64,000 nucleotides of DNA from an uncultured Spirochaetota bacterium (GTDB lineage: Bacteria > Spirochaetota > Spirochaetia > SZUA-6 > Fen-1364). The stretch spans positions 445,593-509,592 of the forward strand of contig CAVTHO010000003.1 in the NCBI GenBank assembly GCA_963734545.1. Direction: 5' to 3'. The position numbers were made by a program, and so were the translations under genes. The notes under the pieces were generated by a model. That model did no database searches, was not told the DNA's origin, and saw only the letters and a list, made by a program, of their open reading frames with translations. Of this stretch, positions 41,012 through 55,320 are shown piece after piece (within the stretch, counting starts at the first letter, position 1; every line of letters starts with the position of its first letter).

Positions 41012-44000
41012 TTACTTCACGATCCTGTACACCGCGCCCGCGGTGCGGCCGAAAACCTCCGGCTGGTACATGAGCTCCGCCTGCACGGGCGGGGTGGGGT
41101 AGACGCCCGGTGTGGTTGTTCGGAAAAGGAAGCTCACCTCGTGCCTGCCCCGGGACGCCTGATCGAAGAAGAACCGCACCTCGTTGTCGTAGATACGGGT
41201 CGTGTAGCCGGTGTGGCCGTAGTCTCCCACGTAGCCGGTGTCCCCCTCTTCGGATTCCGCCTGCGCCCCCTGGCCGGAGGCCGGCTTGACGATCTGAGAC
41301 GTCAGCGAGAGAGCCGTCGATCGGCTCCGCGCCCGAGGGCAGGGGGGCCCGCAGCGCAAGGAACGTCCTGTCGCGAGAGGAATAGAACACGACCTTCATT
41401 GTGTACACCTGCCCGAGACCGAGGTCGGTGCCTGAAACGACCGCTCCTTTTTCATCCAGGATCTCCGTTGCGATCCCGATGCCCTCGTCCCGAGGCTCGA
41501 CCCCTGCCGCCGGGATCGAATACCGCAGCTCAGCCGTGTAGTACAGGGTCCCTCTCCCCTTCAGCGCAAAGGTGAGGGGAAGCAGCTTTCCGCCGGATAC
41601 GGCCTGTCCCTGCTCCTTCCCCGCAATCGACGTCAGGTCCCGGGCAGGCACCTGGCGGGCAAAGGGGGCTTTCGAGAATCCCTTGAATCCGCGGCGGGCG
41701 ATCTCGGAATTGCCCAGCCTGACGCTCGCCGTGAAATCGGCGTTTGCCTCGCCGCCCCGGGTGACGATCTCGGAAAAGGCCTGGAGTGCCCAGCCCGCGT
41801 TGCTCGTGTTCTCCCAGTAGCCCGTCTTGTTGGATGCAAGGAGGTCGTTGGCGAGACCCAGCACGAGCTGGGAGTCCGGCTGGATACGCGCGTAGAGCAT
41901 GAGGAGCAGCGCCTTGGCCTGGATGTCCCCGCCGTACCACAGCCAGTCGTTCACCGTGCCGACGAGGGTGACGGTCCGCGTGCCCACGCGCACGAAGTTC
42001 TTCAGTCGGGCGAGCACCGTCTGCGCGCTGCCCGTGTCCCCCATTGCGTCGTAGGACAGCCCGAGGAAGCCGTAGCCGAACACTCCGATCTCGTCACCCA
42101 TCTGCGCCAGGGAATCCACCCTCGCTTTCACATTTTTCCCGAATGCGGAGAGAACGTATGCCGCGTATGCGCTGCAGGTACGTGTCGCGGCTCTCCCAGC
42201 CCTTGTCGATGTAATCAAGCAGCGCGCCGAGGTCGATCTCGTCAGGCAGCCTCATTCCCTTGCCTTTGGCCGCGGACAGAAGGTGCGCGACGCGCAGCGA
42301 CACGTAGTAGTTCGATCTGCGCGGCGCGGGATCGTCCCAGTAGGAGAACCCGCCGTCCGAGTTCGCGAACCTCGCCACGGTGGACAGGTCCGCCTTCCCG
42401 CCTGCAAGGCCGGGGAAGAGCACGCGGGAGAAGAGCTTGCTCGTGACCTGCTCCAGGCAGTCATAGGGGTAGATGTCGAGGAACTTGATCGCGCCCGCCA
42501 GGGAGGAGGCGATGGTGGAGTCGATCGTGAGGTAGAGCCCTTCTTCCGGAGTGCCGAGGAATGCAGACGGCACGGCGATGCCTTCCTTTGCCGCGTCATT
42601 CGTCTTGCCGACGATGGTGAAGGATTCGCGTCAGGTGCTCCGCGCCGACGGGCAGGGCGTCCTCGCAGCCTTTCCCTCAGGATGTCGGAATCCACGCTGA
42701 ACGTGAGCTGCGCGCTCCCCGGCTCCGGCGCGGAAAGGTCGAACGCGACTTCGGCGGTTTCTCCCGGTTTCAGCGTCACGTTCTTTCGCGCGGGTCCCTG
42801 CAGCGAAACACCCCGCGCCGCAAGACCGATCTGGACGGCGTGCTGCTTCACGTCGAGGTTCGTGAGCACGACCCCCGCGCTCGCCGCGTCACCGACTCTC
42901 ATGCGCCGCGGGAGGGCCGTCCGCACGTTGATGGGATTCTGCACGAGGATCTCTCCCTCGCCTATTCCGAACTTGTCCTCTTTCACCGCCACGGCCGTGG
43001 ACCGGAACCGGGTGAGCAGATCCGGGAGCTTGAACCGCACGGTGACGGTGCCGTCCCTGCCCGTGACAAGACCGGTCCGGAATACCGCGGTGGGGTTGAA
43101 GTTCTTGCGCAGCGCCGACACCGGCCCCGGGGGCCGACTCCCCCTTCTCGTCCCCGCCGGGCAGGTCCCTGCTCTTCCATGTCACCGGATCGAGGAGCAG
43201 GTCGCGCGAGTCGTAGTGGGCCACCTTGTCCGGGTAGTTGCCGCGGTTGTAGAAGAAGTCGACGGGGTTGGGGATGCGATAGTCGATGAGGTCCAGCACG
43301 CCGCGGTCCGCCGCCACGAGGGCGATCTCCGCTCCCTGCAGCGGCTGGCCGTTCCACGTGGCCTTCAGGGTGACGAGACGCGTCGGAGCCCGGCAGGTAG
43401 CTGTCCTTCGAGTTGGAGATCGAAAGCGTGATGGTCCGCGAGCCGGTTGCCACCGGTATCTCCAGCAGTCCCGAGTATCCGCGGGGCTTGCCGAAGTCCG
43501 GAGCGTCCGGGGTCTCCGCGGGAGGCAGCGTCCTGCCCGTGGAGGTGGAAACAAACACATAGACCATGGGAACGTGCTCTTCCCGGATGTCGATGTCGAT
43601 GGTCGGCGCGCTGCCCGCCAGATCGAGGGTCTTCTTCTCCAGAACACCGTCCCGCTCCACGCTGACCAGATACGTGCCGCGCGCCAGCGGGCTCTTGATG
43701 AGGAGCTGCGCGTGGTCCCCCGGCGCGTACAGCTTCTTGTCCGGCACGATCTCCAGCCTTCGCTCGTCCGATCTCTCCCAGACTGATCTCGTCGAGACCC
43801 GTCGAATAGAAGGAAATCCTCGTGAGGCTGTCCCGCTCTTTCCGTCTTTTCCCGAGATCTCGACGGCGTACGAACCTGCTTTCTGCACGGCAAGCTGTGC
43901 CGCTCCCCGGGCTGCCGCGGGGAGAGCGTGAAGCTCTTTTTCCACGACGTCCTGCTTCTCGTAGTGCGTGTCCACCATGCCGCCCACCGTCAGCTGGCGC

Positions 44001-46650
44001 ACCAGCTTCCAGTCCTCCCGGATGAGCCGGCCCTTGACCGCGCCCGGCGGGTAGGGCTTCCCGTCCGGGTCCACGGAGACGACCTTCAATGTGAACGGCT
44101 GGCCCTTCTTCACGAAATACAGTGAATCCTCCGAGCGCGCGTCCGACGTGATCTTCGCCCCCAGGAGCTGCTCGGAGGAAAAGACAAGGCGCGATCCGGT
44201 TTTCGAGATCGCCTGCCTGTCGATGTCCTCGACCGTCGCAGCCACCTCGTAGGAGTACACCCGCCCGGCTTCCGCGTCTCCCAGCTTCTGCGAGGCCACC
44301 GTGGTTCCCGCCCTGCAGGGCGCCGGAGTCAGAGCCGAGGTCCTCGGCCCAGCCTTTCTGGACCACGCCGAATGAGTAGTCGGCGAAAGCCTCTCCGGGG
44401 GGCTGATACCAGGTCTCCCGCCTCGTCCAGAACCAGCTCCACTTTCCCTTTGTCACGGCCCCTCCGGCAAGGTAGGCGCCGGAGAAGCGCGCGTCCAGGG
44501 TGTCGCCGATGAACTTGCGTTCGTCGGGCAGGCTGAGGTCCACCGAGAAGGTCACGCGCCGGAAATTCGCCACCTGCACGTACGCACTCCCCGTGCGGGT
44601 GTCCGTGCTGCCGGCCACGCGATGGAAAACCAGGAACCAGTCGCCCGGCGCGACGTCCTTTCCGAGTGCGATCTGGCCCGAGAAGCTCCCGGACGGGGAG
44701 ACTGTCCCATTCACCGACGCGAGCGGTTCCGTGTCCTCCGATCCGTTCACGAGATCCACGCGATACTTGCCCTGCACCGGGGCGAGCCGCCCCACCACGA
44801 GATCGCGGTCCGCTCCGGCAAAGGACAGCGTCTCTCCCGGTCGATAGATGCCCCTGTCGGACCAGATGTACGTGAGGGGACGGGCAATCTCGGCCTCGTA
44901 GGGCTCGTTCGCGTTCCACGACAGGCTCGGCAGCTCTGACGGGTGAAGGACAAGCCTGTCCTTGCCCTTCGCGATTTCGAGCTCCGCCTTGCCTTCATTT
45001 CCGCGGAACGCATTCGCGAGCACTCCGGCGGACAGCGGGACAGCGGCGAGCCCGGTCTCGTCCGTTCGCGCCGTGCCCAGAATCCTCGCATCCTTTCGAA
45101 GAGTGACCGCGGCGCCCGTCACCGGGTCTCCCGTGCTGAGAGAGCTGGCCAGCACGAGGAGGGAGTTGTATCCCACCGTGACCGAGGCGCCGATGTCGGT
45201 GACCTGGACCACGAGGTCTTCCTTGATTTCCTCCGGAGTGTCGCTGCCGTAGAACAGGCCCTTGAAGCTCCAGGCGAGATATGCGGCGCCCTTCCCCGCG
45301 TCATTGAGGTAGCGGGCGAGATCGAAGAGCTCGAAGTGCCGCGTGTTGCGCGGAATCTTCGCGGTGTCGATGGCCGTGCGAGGAAGGGTCGGCGTCTTTC
45401 CGAATGGGTTTACGATCCGCCCGATTGCGTAGCTCCCCGAATCCACGTTCTGCATTTCCACCGCGACTTTCGGGGGGAACTGCGACTCCAGGATCTTCTG
45501 CCCCGTGCCGCGGAACCCCACGTAGCTGGCCGCGGGGCCCACGTCGAAGCTCACCGTCTGGTCGGTGCCGAGGGTCTGCCCGTAGGCGTCGGTCATGCCG
45601 CCAAGGACGTCGAGGGAGAACGAGGAATCGAAATCGGCCGGTACCTGGTGGAGGATCACCCACGCGCCGGAAACCTCCAGGTTCTGCTCGATGGAGTAGT
45701 CACGCATCTGCAGACGAAGGCTCGCTGCAACGCTGTCCGCCTTCAGGGGGTGGTTGAACCTGATCTCCGCGGTCGCGCCGGTTCTTCCCGCGTACACGTA
45801 GCTGTCCTCCAGGGCGAGGGGGAGCAGCGTGTGAAATCCGGCTGACAGCTCCGCGTCGGTGCCGTAGTTCTCGGGCCGGGGTCTGGCGCCGGGGAGGATG
45901 CGCACCTTCACGTCGGCATTGCGGGGAAGGTCCTTCCCGGGCTTCAGCGAAACCATCCTGTCCGTGTTCTCGTAGGGACCGAGCTGCCTCCTGTCGGTGA
46001 TTGCGGGACGCGCGGCCTTGAAGGGCACGTCGACGCCGCCCGCCTGCAGCCGGATGAACGGAAGGATCGTCTTCAGGTCCACGGGGAAATTGAACGTCAC
46101 GATCACCTCGGTGCTGGCTTCCGGCCTCACGTCGGGACCGGAAGGGGTGACCGAGACGAGCTCCAGGGGCTCGGTGCGGAAGCTGAACTTCGTGTCGCCG
46201 GTGAGCAGGTCTCCCCTCCAGGGACTGGAGGGACCTGCTGACGCGTGAACGTGTACTCCGTTGCCGGCGCGAGCTGTCCCTTGGGCTCGAATGAGAACAG
46301 ACGCGAGCCATACCAGCGGTAGATGCCCTCCACCCGGGGAGAAATGGCGAGCAGGGGGGAGGAGGTCGCAGGTTTCGCGAGTGTCTTCAGGGCCACGACC
46401 GGCTTGTTGAAGAGGACCCAGATGCCGCCTTCGAGGTTCTCGTGCGGAACGACTCCGGAGGGGCCGACCTCCGCGACGGCGAAAGACTGATCGCCGGCAT
46501 CAGGGGCAGTCGGTGTCCAGGGAAGCGAGCATGGCAGGGACCCGCGGTGCCGCTGGCACGCGGCCCCTGGTTGGGGCGCTCACCGGCGCAGGCGGACAGG
46601 GCAAGAAACACAACGGCGGCCGCGAGGCCCGCCGGGAGCATTCTTTTCAT
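41012..46650 (-). CDS. Bacterial alpha-2-macroglobulin lipoprotein; several indels
   Basis: Lipobox LSAC; [10 protein letters not shown]; [11 protein letters not shown]; LRKNF...LPDLLTRFR; thioester YPYDCLEQ; [24 protein letters not shown]. Confidence 0.9.
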
Positions 46651-46759
46651 CGATGCCTCCGTAAAGAAGCCAGATTGTAGCGCGCTTTCCCGTGCCGAGT
46701 ACACCGACTACGCTCGGATTGACAAACCACGGTTCTTTGGTCATATTTCTTCGGCGCAC

Positions 46760-46833
46760 GGTGGGTGTAGTTCAATTGGCAGAGCACCAGACTGTGGATC
46801 TGGAAGTTGTGGGTTCGAGACCCATCACCCACC
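46760..46833 (+). tRNA. tRNA-His (GTG)
   Basis: G-1; GTGGGTG/CACCCAC acceptor stem; CCAGA-CTGTGGA-TCTGG. Confidence 0.95.
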
Positions 46834-46925
46834 CATAGCACGGCCGCGAGCGCGCGCGAGCCGGCAGCTGGCCGCGAGCGGACGCGAGAGCTCGAGGGGA
46901 GAGCCGCGACGCGGGATGGGGTTGG

Positions 46926-46999
46926 GCGTTCGTAGCTCAGTTGGATAGAGCGCCGGGCTTCGAACCCGTAGGTCGCAGGTTCGAGTCCTGCCGGACGCG
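46926..46999 (+). tRNA. tRNA-Arg (TCG)
   Basis: GCGTTCG/CGGACGC acceptor stem; anticodon loop CTTCGAA. Confidence 0.93.
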
Positions 47000-47012
47000 G
47001 TATTGTTGAAAC

Positions 47013-47085
47013 GGGCCGCTAGCTCAGTTGGTAGAGCAGAAGACTCTTAATCTTCGGGTCGCAGGTTCGAGTCCTGCGCGGCTCA
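47013..47085 (+). tRNA. tRNA-Lys (CTT)
   Basis: GAAGA-CTCTTAA-TCTTC; GGTTCGAGTCC. Confidence 0.95.
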
Positions 47086-47148
47086 ATGACGGTTGCGGGC
47101 TGCGAAGCCAAACCTTGACGTTGCCCGGCCGTCGTGCATACTATCCAG

Positions 47149-47232
47149 GCGAGAGTGGTGGAATTTGGCAGACACGCCAGACTTAGGATCTGGTGCCGAA
47201 AAGGCTTGAGGGTTCAAATCCCTTCTCTCGCA
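47149..47232 (+). tRNA. tRNA-Leu (TAG)
   Basis: CCAGA-CTTAGGA-TCTGG; long variable arm. Confidence 0.95.
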
Positions 47233-47246
47233 GTGGTAGAAGACAC

Positions 47247-47319
47247 GCGGGAATAGCTCAGTTGGTAGAGCTCCACCTTGCCAAGGTGGATGTCGCGGGT
47301 TCAAGTCCCGTTTCCCGCT
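47247..47319 (+). tRNA. tRNA-Gly (GCC)
   Basis: CCACC-TTGCCAA-GGTGG; GCGGGAA/TTCCCGC acceptor stem. Confidence 0.95.
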
Positions 47320-47467
47320 CGTGAAAATCGGCATCCGGCGCTCATGATCCCGGCAATCATAGGGCGCCGGACGGTGCCGCACTCCTCCGCATTCAGGCTG
47401 GCTTGACTCGCCCCCCGGCGGTGACTACGTTTTCATGCCCTACTAAACACGGAAAGAGGTCATACAG

Positions 47468-48830
47468 GTGAACGCTACCAAGGAAGTGGAGCTTCTCGAC
47501 AACTCACAGGTCAAGCTCAAGATCAGCATCCCGACGGACGACGTGACGAAGGAATACGACGCCATCGTCAAGGAGTATTGCGAGAAGGCCCACCTCAAGG
47601 GCTTCCGCAAGGGCAAGGTGCCGGCCGACGTGATCATCCGCAAGCTGGGCCCTCCCTCATCGACCAGACGCGCACCGAGGTGCTGGAGAAGAGCCTCTCG
47701 GAGGTATTCGAGAGCGTCGAGAAGAAGCCGCATCCCCTATGCGACACCCCGAGATCAAGTCGGAGGAGGCGCTGGAGCTGGGAAAGGACTTCTCCTTCGA
47801 GGTGATCTACGACACGTGGCCCGCCATCGAGCTGGGGCCGTACCTCGGGCTGGAGATCGACCAGCCCGCGTGGGAGATCACGGACGAGGACCTCGGCCGC
47901 GAGCTGAAGGGGATCCAGGAGCAGAACGCCCTCTTCACCGACAAGGAGAGCGGGGTCGTGGAGAAGGGCAACATCGTCAACATCGACTACGTGGAGCTCG
48001 ACGAGGCGAGGCGCGGAGCAAGCCCGGGCACGAAGCGGGAGGCGTTCGTGTTCGAGGTGGGCACCGGCTACAACGTCTACAAGATGGACGACGACATCGT
48101 CGGGCATGAAGAAGGGCGAGACGAAGACCATCACCAAGATCTTCCCCGAGGACTTCGAGACAAAGGCCCTGGCGGGAAAGACGGTGATCCTCCGGGTCAC
48201 GCTGAACAGCATGCAAGGAGAAGAAGCTCCCGGAGATCAACGACGAGCTGGCGCAGGACATCAGCGAGAAGTTCCAGACCCTGGACGATCTGAAGGCGGA
48301 CATCCGCAGGAAGCTGGAGGACGCGGTGAAGTCCGCGCCTGCGGTCCCAGCACCGTGACCCGCGTGCTGGATTCCGTGGTGGAGACCTCCACGATTCCCG
48401 CTTCCCTTCGTCCATGGTGGACTACCAGCTCGAGGCGATGTGGCAGGACTACGCCAACCAGCTCCGCATCGACGAGAAGCACCTCGTGGCCCTGCTGGAG
48501 GAGCAGGGCAAGAGCGTCGACGATCTCCGCAAGGAGTGGACGCCCGTCGGCGGAAAAGCGGGCGCGCCTGCAGCTGGTCGTCTCCGAGATCGCGAAGAGG
48601 GAAGGCATCGCCATCGAGGACGCAGACCTGGACGCGGAGATCGGCGAAGATGGCGGAGGAGCGCAAGGTCACGCCGGCGGAGCTCAAGGAGAGCCTCGCG
48701 AAGAACAACCTGGTGGATTACATGCGCAGCAATCTCCGGATGGACAAGCTCTACGACTTCCTCCTGTCGAAAACGACCATCCGCACGGCGGGAAAAGAGA
48801 AAAGTATTGGACATACTCCAGGGGAATTAG
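47468..48830 (+). CDS. tig: Trigger factor (several indels)
   Basis: GFRKGKVP, NIVNIDY, LAGK; lies upstream of clpP. Confidence 0.92.
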
Positions 48831-48872
48831 GTACCATTAAGGATGAGAAAGGCAGAGGCAAGGACGGCGCTG

Positions 48873-49472
48873 ATGAATGAGATGGACACGAACCTCGTTC
48901 CCATCGTCATCGAGCAGACCGGCCGCGGGGAGCGCTCCTACGACATCTACTCACGGCTCCTCAAGGACCGGATCGTCTTCGTGGACGGCGAGATCTACGA
49001 CGTGAACGCGGACCTCGTGGTGGCGCAGCTCCTCTTCCTGGAGTCGCCAGGACCCGGAGAAGGACATCCATCTCTACGTGAACTCCCCCGGGCGGCACGG
49101 TCACGGCGGGGCTCGCCATCTACGACACCATCCAGTACATCAAGCCGGACGTGCAGACCATCTGCCTCGGCCAGGCCGCCTCCATGGGGGCGCTGCTCCT
49201 GGCCTGCGGCACACACGGCAAGCGCGTGGCGCTGCCCTCGTCCCGCATCCTGATCCACCAGCCCTGGGGCGGCGTGTCGGGCCAGGCGGTGGACATCAGC
49301 ATCCAGGCGCGCGAGCTCGTCCGGATCAAGAAGCTCATCGTGTCCTACTTCGCCGAGCACACGGGCAAGACCGCGGAGACCGTGGAGAAGGACCTGGAGC
49401 GGGACTACTACATGTCCGCGGAGGAGGCGCTGGAGTACGGGCTCATCGACAAGATCCTGAAACGGGGAAAGA

Positions 49473-49495
<23 letters not shown>
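48873..49495 (+). CDS. clpP: ATP-dependent Clp protease proteolytic subunit (indels)
   Basis: [41 protein letters not shown]. Confidence 0.95.
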
Positions 49496-50731
<1,236 letters not shown>

Positions 50732-50740
50732 AGCCGGGCA

Positions 50741-53389
50741 ATGAAGCTTCTGCTGAAGAAGCACGAGCTGTTCATGGTCCCCCTGAAGGACCTCGTCGTT
50801 TTTCCGCGCATGGTCGTGCCCTTCTTCGTCGGCCGGCGCCGCTCGGTGCACAGCGTGGAGGAGGCGACGCGGCTGGGACGCCCCTCGTTCCTCGTCGCGC
50901 AGAAGAAGACCGCGGTGGAGGAGCCCGGGAGAACGCGACGTGCACCCGGTCGGCACCATCGCCCGGGTCCTCCAGATGATGAAGCTGCCGGACGGCAAGA
51001 TCCGGCTCCTCGTGGAGGGCGTGGAGCGGGCGGCCATCGGGAGGTACACGGAGACCCGCGGACTGCTTCCGGGTGCATGGTGCGGCCGCTGCAGAGGATC
51101 TGCCGAGATCACCGCCGCAGATCGCCGCGCTCATGCGCACGACCCTGTCACAGTTCATCCAGTACAACGAGATCTCGAAGAAGGTCCCCCCGGAGGCGGT
51201 CGACCGCCATCGAGGCCGCGGACTCGCCGGATGCGCTCGTGGACCTGATCGCCGGGAACCTTCCGCTGAAGATCGAGCAGAAGCTGGAGCTTCTCTCCCT
51301 GGAGGACCGACAAAGGAGCGCCTGGAGAGGTGCGCGGCCATCGTCGCCTCCGAGATCGAGGTGCTCAGCCTGGAGCAGGAGATCACCGGCAAGGTCCGCC
51401 GGAAGCTGGAGAAGACCCAGAAGGACTACTTCCTCAACGAGCAGCTCAAGGAGATCCAGCGGGAGCTGGGCGCGGAGGGAGACGATCCCACCGGCGCGCG
51501 GGAGCTCGAGGAAAAGGTCAAGGCCAAGGGGCTTCCGGCCGAGGTGGCGGAGAAGTGCCAGAAGGAGCTCAAGCGGCTCGGGCGCATGCAGCCCATGTCC
51601 CCGGAGTCGGCGCTGCTGCGCACCTACCTGGAGTGGATCGTGGACCTCCCGTGGAAGGAGACGACGCGCGGACAACCAGGACATCGAGCGGGCCCGGCAG
51701 ATCCTCGACGAGGACCACTACGATCTGAAGAAGGTCAAGGAGCGGATCCTGGATTTCATTGCCGTGCGCCAGCTCAAGAGCCGGGTCAAGGGACCCATCC
51801 TCTGCTTCATCGGCCCCCCCGGGACGGGCAAGACCTCGCTGGGCAGGTCCGTGGCGCGTTCGCTCGGCCGGAGCTTCGTGCGCGTTTCCCTGGGCGGCGT
51901 GCGCGACGAGGCGGAGATCCGCGGCCACAGGAAGACCTACGTCGGCGCCCTGCCGGGAAAGATCATCCAGTCCATGCGCAAGGCAGGCTCCCGCAACCCC
52001 GTCTTCCTCCTGGACGAGATCGACAAGATGAGCTCGGACTGGCGGGGAGACCCCGCCTCCGCGCTCCTCGAGGTCCTGGACCCCGAGCAGAACCACACGT
52101 TCATGGATCACTACCTCGAGGTGCCCTACGACCTTTCCGACGTGATGTTCATCACCACGGCCAACTCAGTGCACAACATCCCCTATCCGCTGCGCGACAG
52201 GATGGAGGTCATCGAGATCTCCGGCTACACGGAGTTCGAGAAAGAAAAGATCGCGGAGAAGTTCCTCGTGCGGAAGCAGATCCAGGAGAACGGCCTGGAG
52301 TGGGCGGACATCACATTCCAGAAATCGGCCATCCTGCGGCTCATCCGCGGGCTACACCCTGGAGGCGGGCGTGCGCAACCTCGAGCGCGAGATCGCCAAC
52401 ATACTGCGAAAGATCGCGCGCGAGGCAGTGAAAGACGGAAGGCTTCCGCCGCCTGTCGCAACTGCGCCGGCCGTGCCCGCTGCCGGCGAGCCGGATCCGG
52501 TGAATCCCGCGGCGGACGGCGGGGCGGCTGCAGCCGAACCGGTGCCTGCTTCCCCGATTACCGCGGCGCCTGAGAATCCGCGGAGTACCGCGGCGCCGGT
52601 GGCGCCGGTCCCCCTCGTCCCCGCCGCGCCTGCTGAGCCCTACAAGGTGGCGGTCACCGGCCGCAGCGTGGAGAAGTACCTCGGCACGGAGAAGTTCTCC
52701 GAGAACACGTTCTCCCAGGACATGAAGCCGGGCCTCGCCTACGGACTGGCGTGGACGGAGCTGGGCGGCCAGCTCCTTGCCGTGGAGGTGGCCATCGTCG
52801 CCGGCAAGGGTGAGCTGATGCTCACCGGCAGCCTCGGCGACGTGATGAAGGAAAGCGCCCAGGCGGCCCTCACGTTCCTGCGCGCGCACCACGCGGCGCT
52901 CGGCATCTCGCCGGACTTCACGAAGGACCGGGACATCCACATCCACGTGCCCGAGGGAGCGATCCCCAAGGACGGTCCCTCGGCAGGCATCACGCTGACC
53001 GCGGCGCTGCTCTCCGCGGTTGCGGGCGTCGGCGGTGAAGCGGGGTTTCGCCATGACCGGTGAGATCACGCTGACCGGCCGCATCCTCCCGATCGGCGGG
53101 AGTCAAGGAAAAGGTGCTCGCCGCGCACCGCTACAAGATGACGCACGTGCTCCTTCCCCGGCGGAACGAGAAGGACCTGGAGGAGATCCCGCCGGAGGTT
53201 CTTCAGGACCTGAGCTTCGAGTTTGCGGATTCCATTCCGGATGCGCTGACGATTCTCTTCCCCGAGCGGAACTTCGGTCACAGCGACGAGGTTCCCGCCG
53301 CTGCCCGGGCCGCGGACCCGGCAGCCCCCCTCCTTCACACGCCTGAGCTGCCCGCGGTGGACGCCCCTTCGCACCAGCCCGCGCTCTGA
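50741..53389 (+). CDS. lon: Lon protease (indels; Pro/Ala-rich insertion)
   Basis: [37 protein letters not shown]. Confidence 0.96.
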
Positions 53390-53470
53390 CCGTCCTGCCG
53401 CAGACCGGGCTCCGCCGCACATAACAGCATTTTATTGGACGAGAGAGCCCTGTCGCTTTAAATTCTCCCC

Positions 53471-54076
53471 ATGAACATAAGAATCATGCGATTTCTTGTC
53501 GCTTTGCTCGTTTTTGCCGCCGGCGCCATCGGCGGGTACGCGCAGGCCATGACGACCACGATCGCGGTAGACGGGACAATCGCCGCGGTGAAAGCCGGCG
53601 TAATCACCCTTACCCTGGCAGACAACAGGACGAAGACCATAGCCCTGCAGGAGAAGACTCTCATCCTCGGGCGGCAGGCGGTCGGATTGGACCAGATCAC
53701 GCCCGGAGCTGCCATGGGTGTCGCGTCCCGCCGTGATTCCGACGGCTCGATGGTCGCGATCAGCATCAACATCTTCGCCCCGGAAATGTGGGACGGGGTC
53801 CGCAAGGGGCAATTTGCGATGACGACCGGCGACACGATGACGAACGCGGTGGTCGCGCAGTACGCGGCGGGAGTGAAGGGGCGGGTGGTCACGATGAAAT
53901 ACGCGGAGGGCACGTCGGCAATCACCGTGCCCGATGGAACGCAGATCCACAAGCTCGTTGCCGCCAGGCCTGCCGCGCTGACCGTGGGCCTTCATATCAC
54001 GGTGCGCGGGACCGCGAGCCCGGACGGGAGCATAAAGGCCGGTTCGGTCAGCTTCGACCAGCCCGCGAAGGGATAA
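53471..54076 (+). CDS. Secreted protein with two OB-like repeats (DUF5666-like)
   Basis: Signal peptide; INIFAPEM...GQFAM...TMTNA; YAEG...VPDGT. Confidence 0.65.
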   Translation: MNIRIMRFLVALLVFAAGAIGGYAQAMTTTIAVDGTIAAVKAGVITLTLADNRTKTIALQEKTLILGRQAVGLDQITPGAAMGVASRRDSDGSMVAISINIFAPEMWDGVRKGQFAMTTGDTMTNAVVAQYAAGVKGRVVTMKYAEGTSAITVPDGTQIHKLVAARPAALTVGLHITVRGTASPDGSIKAGSVSFDQPAKG

Positions 54077-54105
54077 CACGGAAGACGAGCCGGGTCTCGG
54101 ATAGG

Positions 54106-54150
54106 CACGCGGAAGCCGGCTGCGTGAGGGACGCGAAAGCCGGCTGCGCG
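54106..54150. repeat. Two copies of a short imperfect palindrome (REP-like)
   Basis: acgcggaagccggctgcgt and acgcgaaagccggctgcgc. Confidence 0.5.
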
Positions 54151-54156
54151 CGCCTC

Positions 54157-55230
54157 CGTAGGCCGTCCCACCGTTTCTGATTTGATATAAGCGTCATCCC
54201 CATATTCCGTTATAGAAATGCAAGCACATTCAGTCATTCCATAAGCTGCACTGATATTACACCCCATATCGTCTATGACGGCCTTCACCAGTTCGATAGG
54301 GCAGGAGGACCCAGACATATAACCTGTCCTCAACGTTTTAAGATTATATTTCCTATAGTTGGGATGATTCAGCATCAGGACAAACATGGTTGGAACTCCA
54401 TAAAGAATCGAGATTCCTTCTTGCTCAATCAGGCGCAGAGCTTCCTCAGGTTCGAATACATCCATGATGACCACCTTACAGCCACCCATAATGGCGTTGG
54501 TGAGTAAAACTGAAGAGGCAAAGATATGAGAGAGTGGAAGCATCATTAAGAAAGAATCCTTATCAGCAATGAGAAGTCTTTCATTCACACGAATGGAATC
54601 CCATATAAGATTTCGGTGGGTGGACATCACTCCCTTCGGCGTTCCCGTAGAGCCTGAAGTGTATAAGATCGTGGCAACATCATTGTGATCAATGGGGTCG
54701 GCCTCTAGAATCACCGGTTGGGAATGTTTTTCAACTAATTCCTTTAAGTCATGTGCACTAGGAGGAACGGATTTCCCCCATACCAAAAGAATTTTCAGAT
54801 CAGGCAGTTCTTCTTTAATCTCATTCAGAAGGTTGAGGAAGTTTATACCCAAGAATTCATCTATGAGTACGAGCATCCTGGTACCTGAGTGCTTAAGCAT
54901 GTATGTCAGTTCAAATTTACGATACCTCGTGGAAAGAGCGATAAAAACCGCTCCGATCTTCAGGATGGCATACTGGATATAAATAAATTCAAATGAATTT
55001 GGTAACAAAATCGCGCAGCGATCACCTTTTTTGATTCCAATTTTCTTCAGTTCTAAAGCTAACTGATCTACCTTTTCATTGAACTGTTGGTAAGTTATCC
55101 TTCCTTCTTTATAAACCAAAGCCTCTTTCTTAGGGTATTCTCGAGCTGTTTTTTCAAGAAGCTGTTTGAAATTAAGACCGTCAAAAACATTATAGTTCGG
55201 GACAATCCATTCTTTGCCTTTTATCTCCAC
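54157..55230 (-). CDS. AMP-binding acyl-CoA ligase, truncated at its 3' end by the junction
   Basis: YTSGSTGTPKG, LPLSH, YGMTE, TVGRP; C-terminal GD/KDxI motifs missing, and the ORF runs into unrelated GC-rich sequence. Confidence 0.88.
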
Positions 55231-55320
55231 TACAGTACCCCCCTCTCAAATCTTCTGAGCGCCTTCAACAAAAAATAATTCCTACCCCCAAAAATAGGCT
55301 TGTAAATATATTACAAAATC

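Noticed and set aside
53992-54156. C-terminal extension of the acyl-CoA ligase (EARAAGFRVPHAAGFRVP...)
   Set aside because: Read-through across the junction into unrelated palindromic sequence
55300-55317. TTGTAA-atata-TTACAA palindrome between SDR and ligase
   Set aside because: Single occurrence in AT-rich sequence and unlike the GTGAA-N5-TTCAC motif; it cannot be assigned
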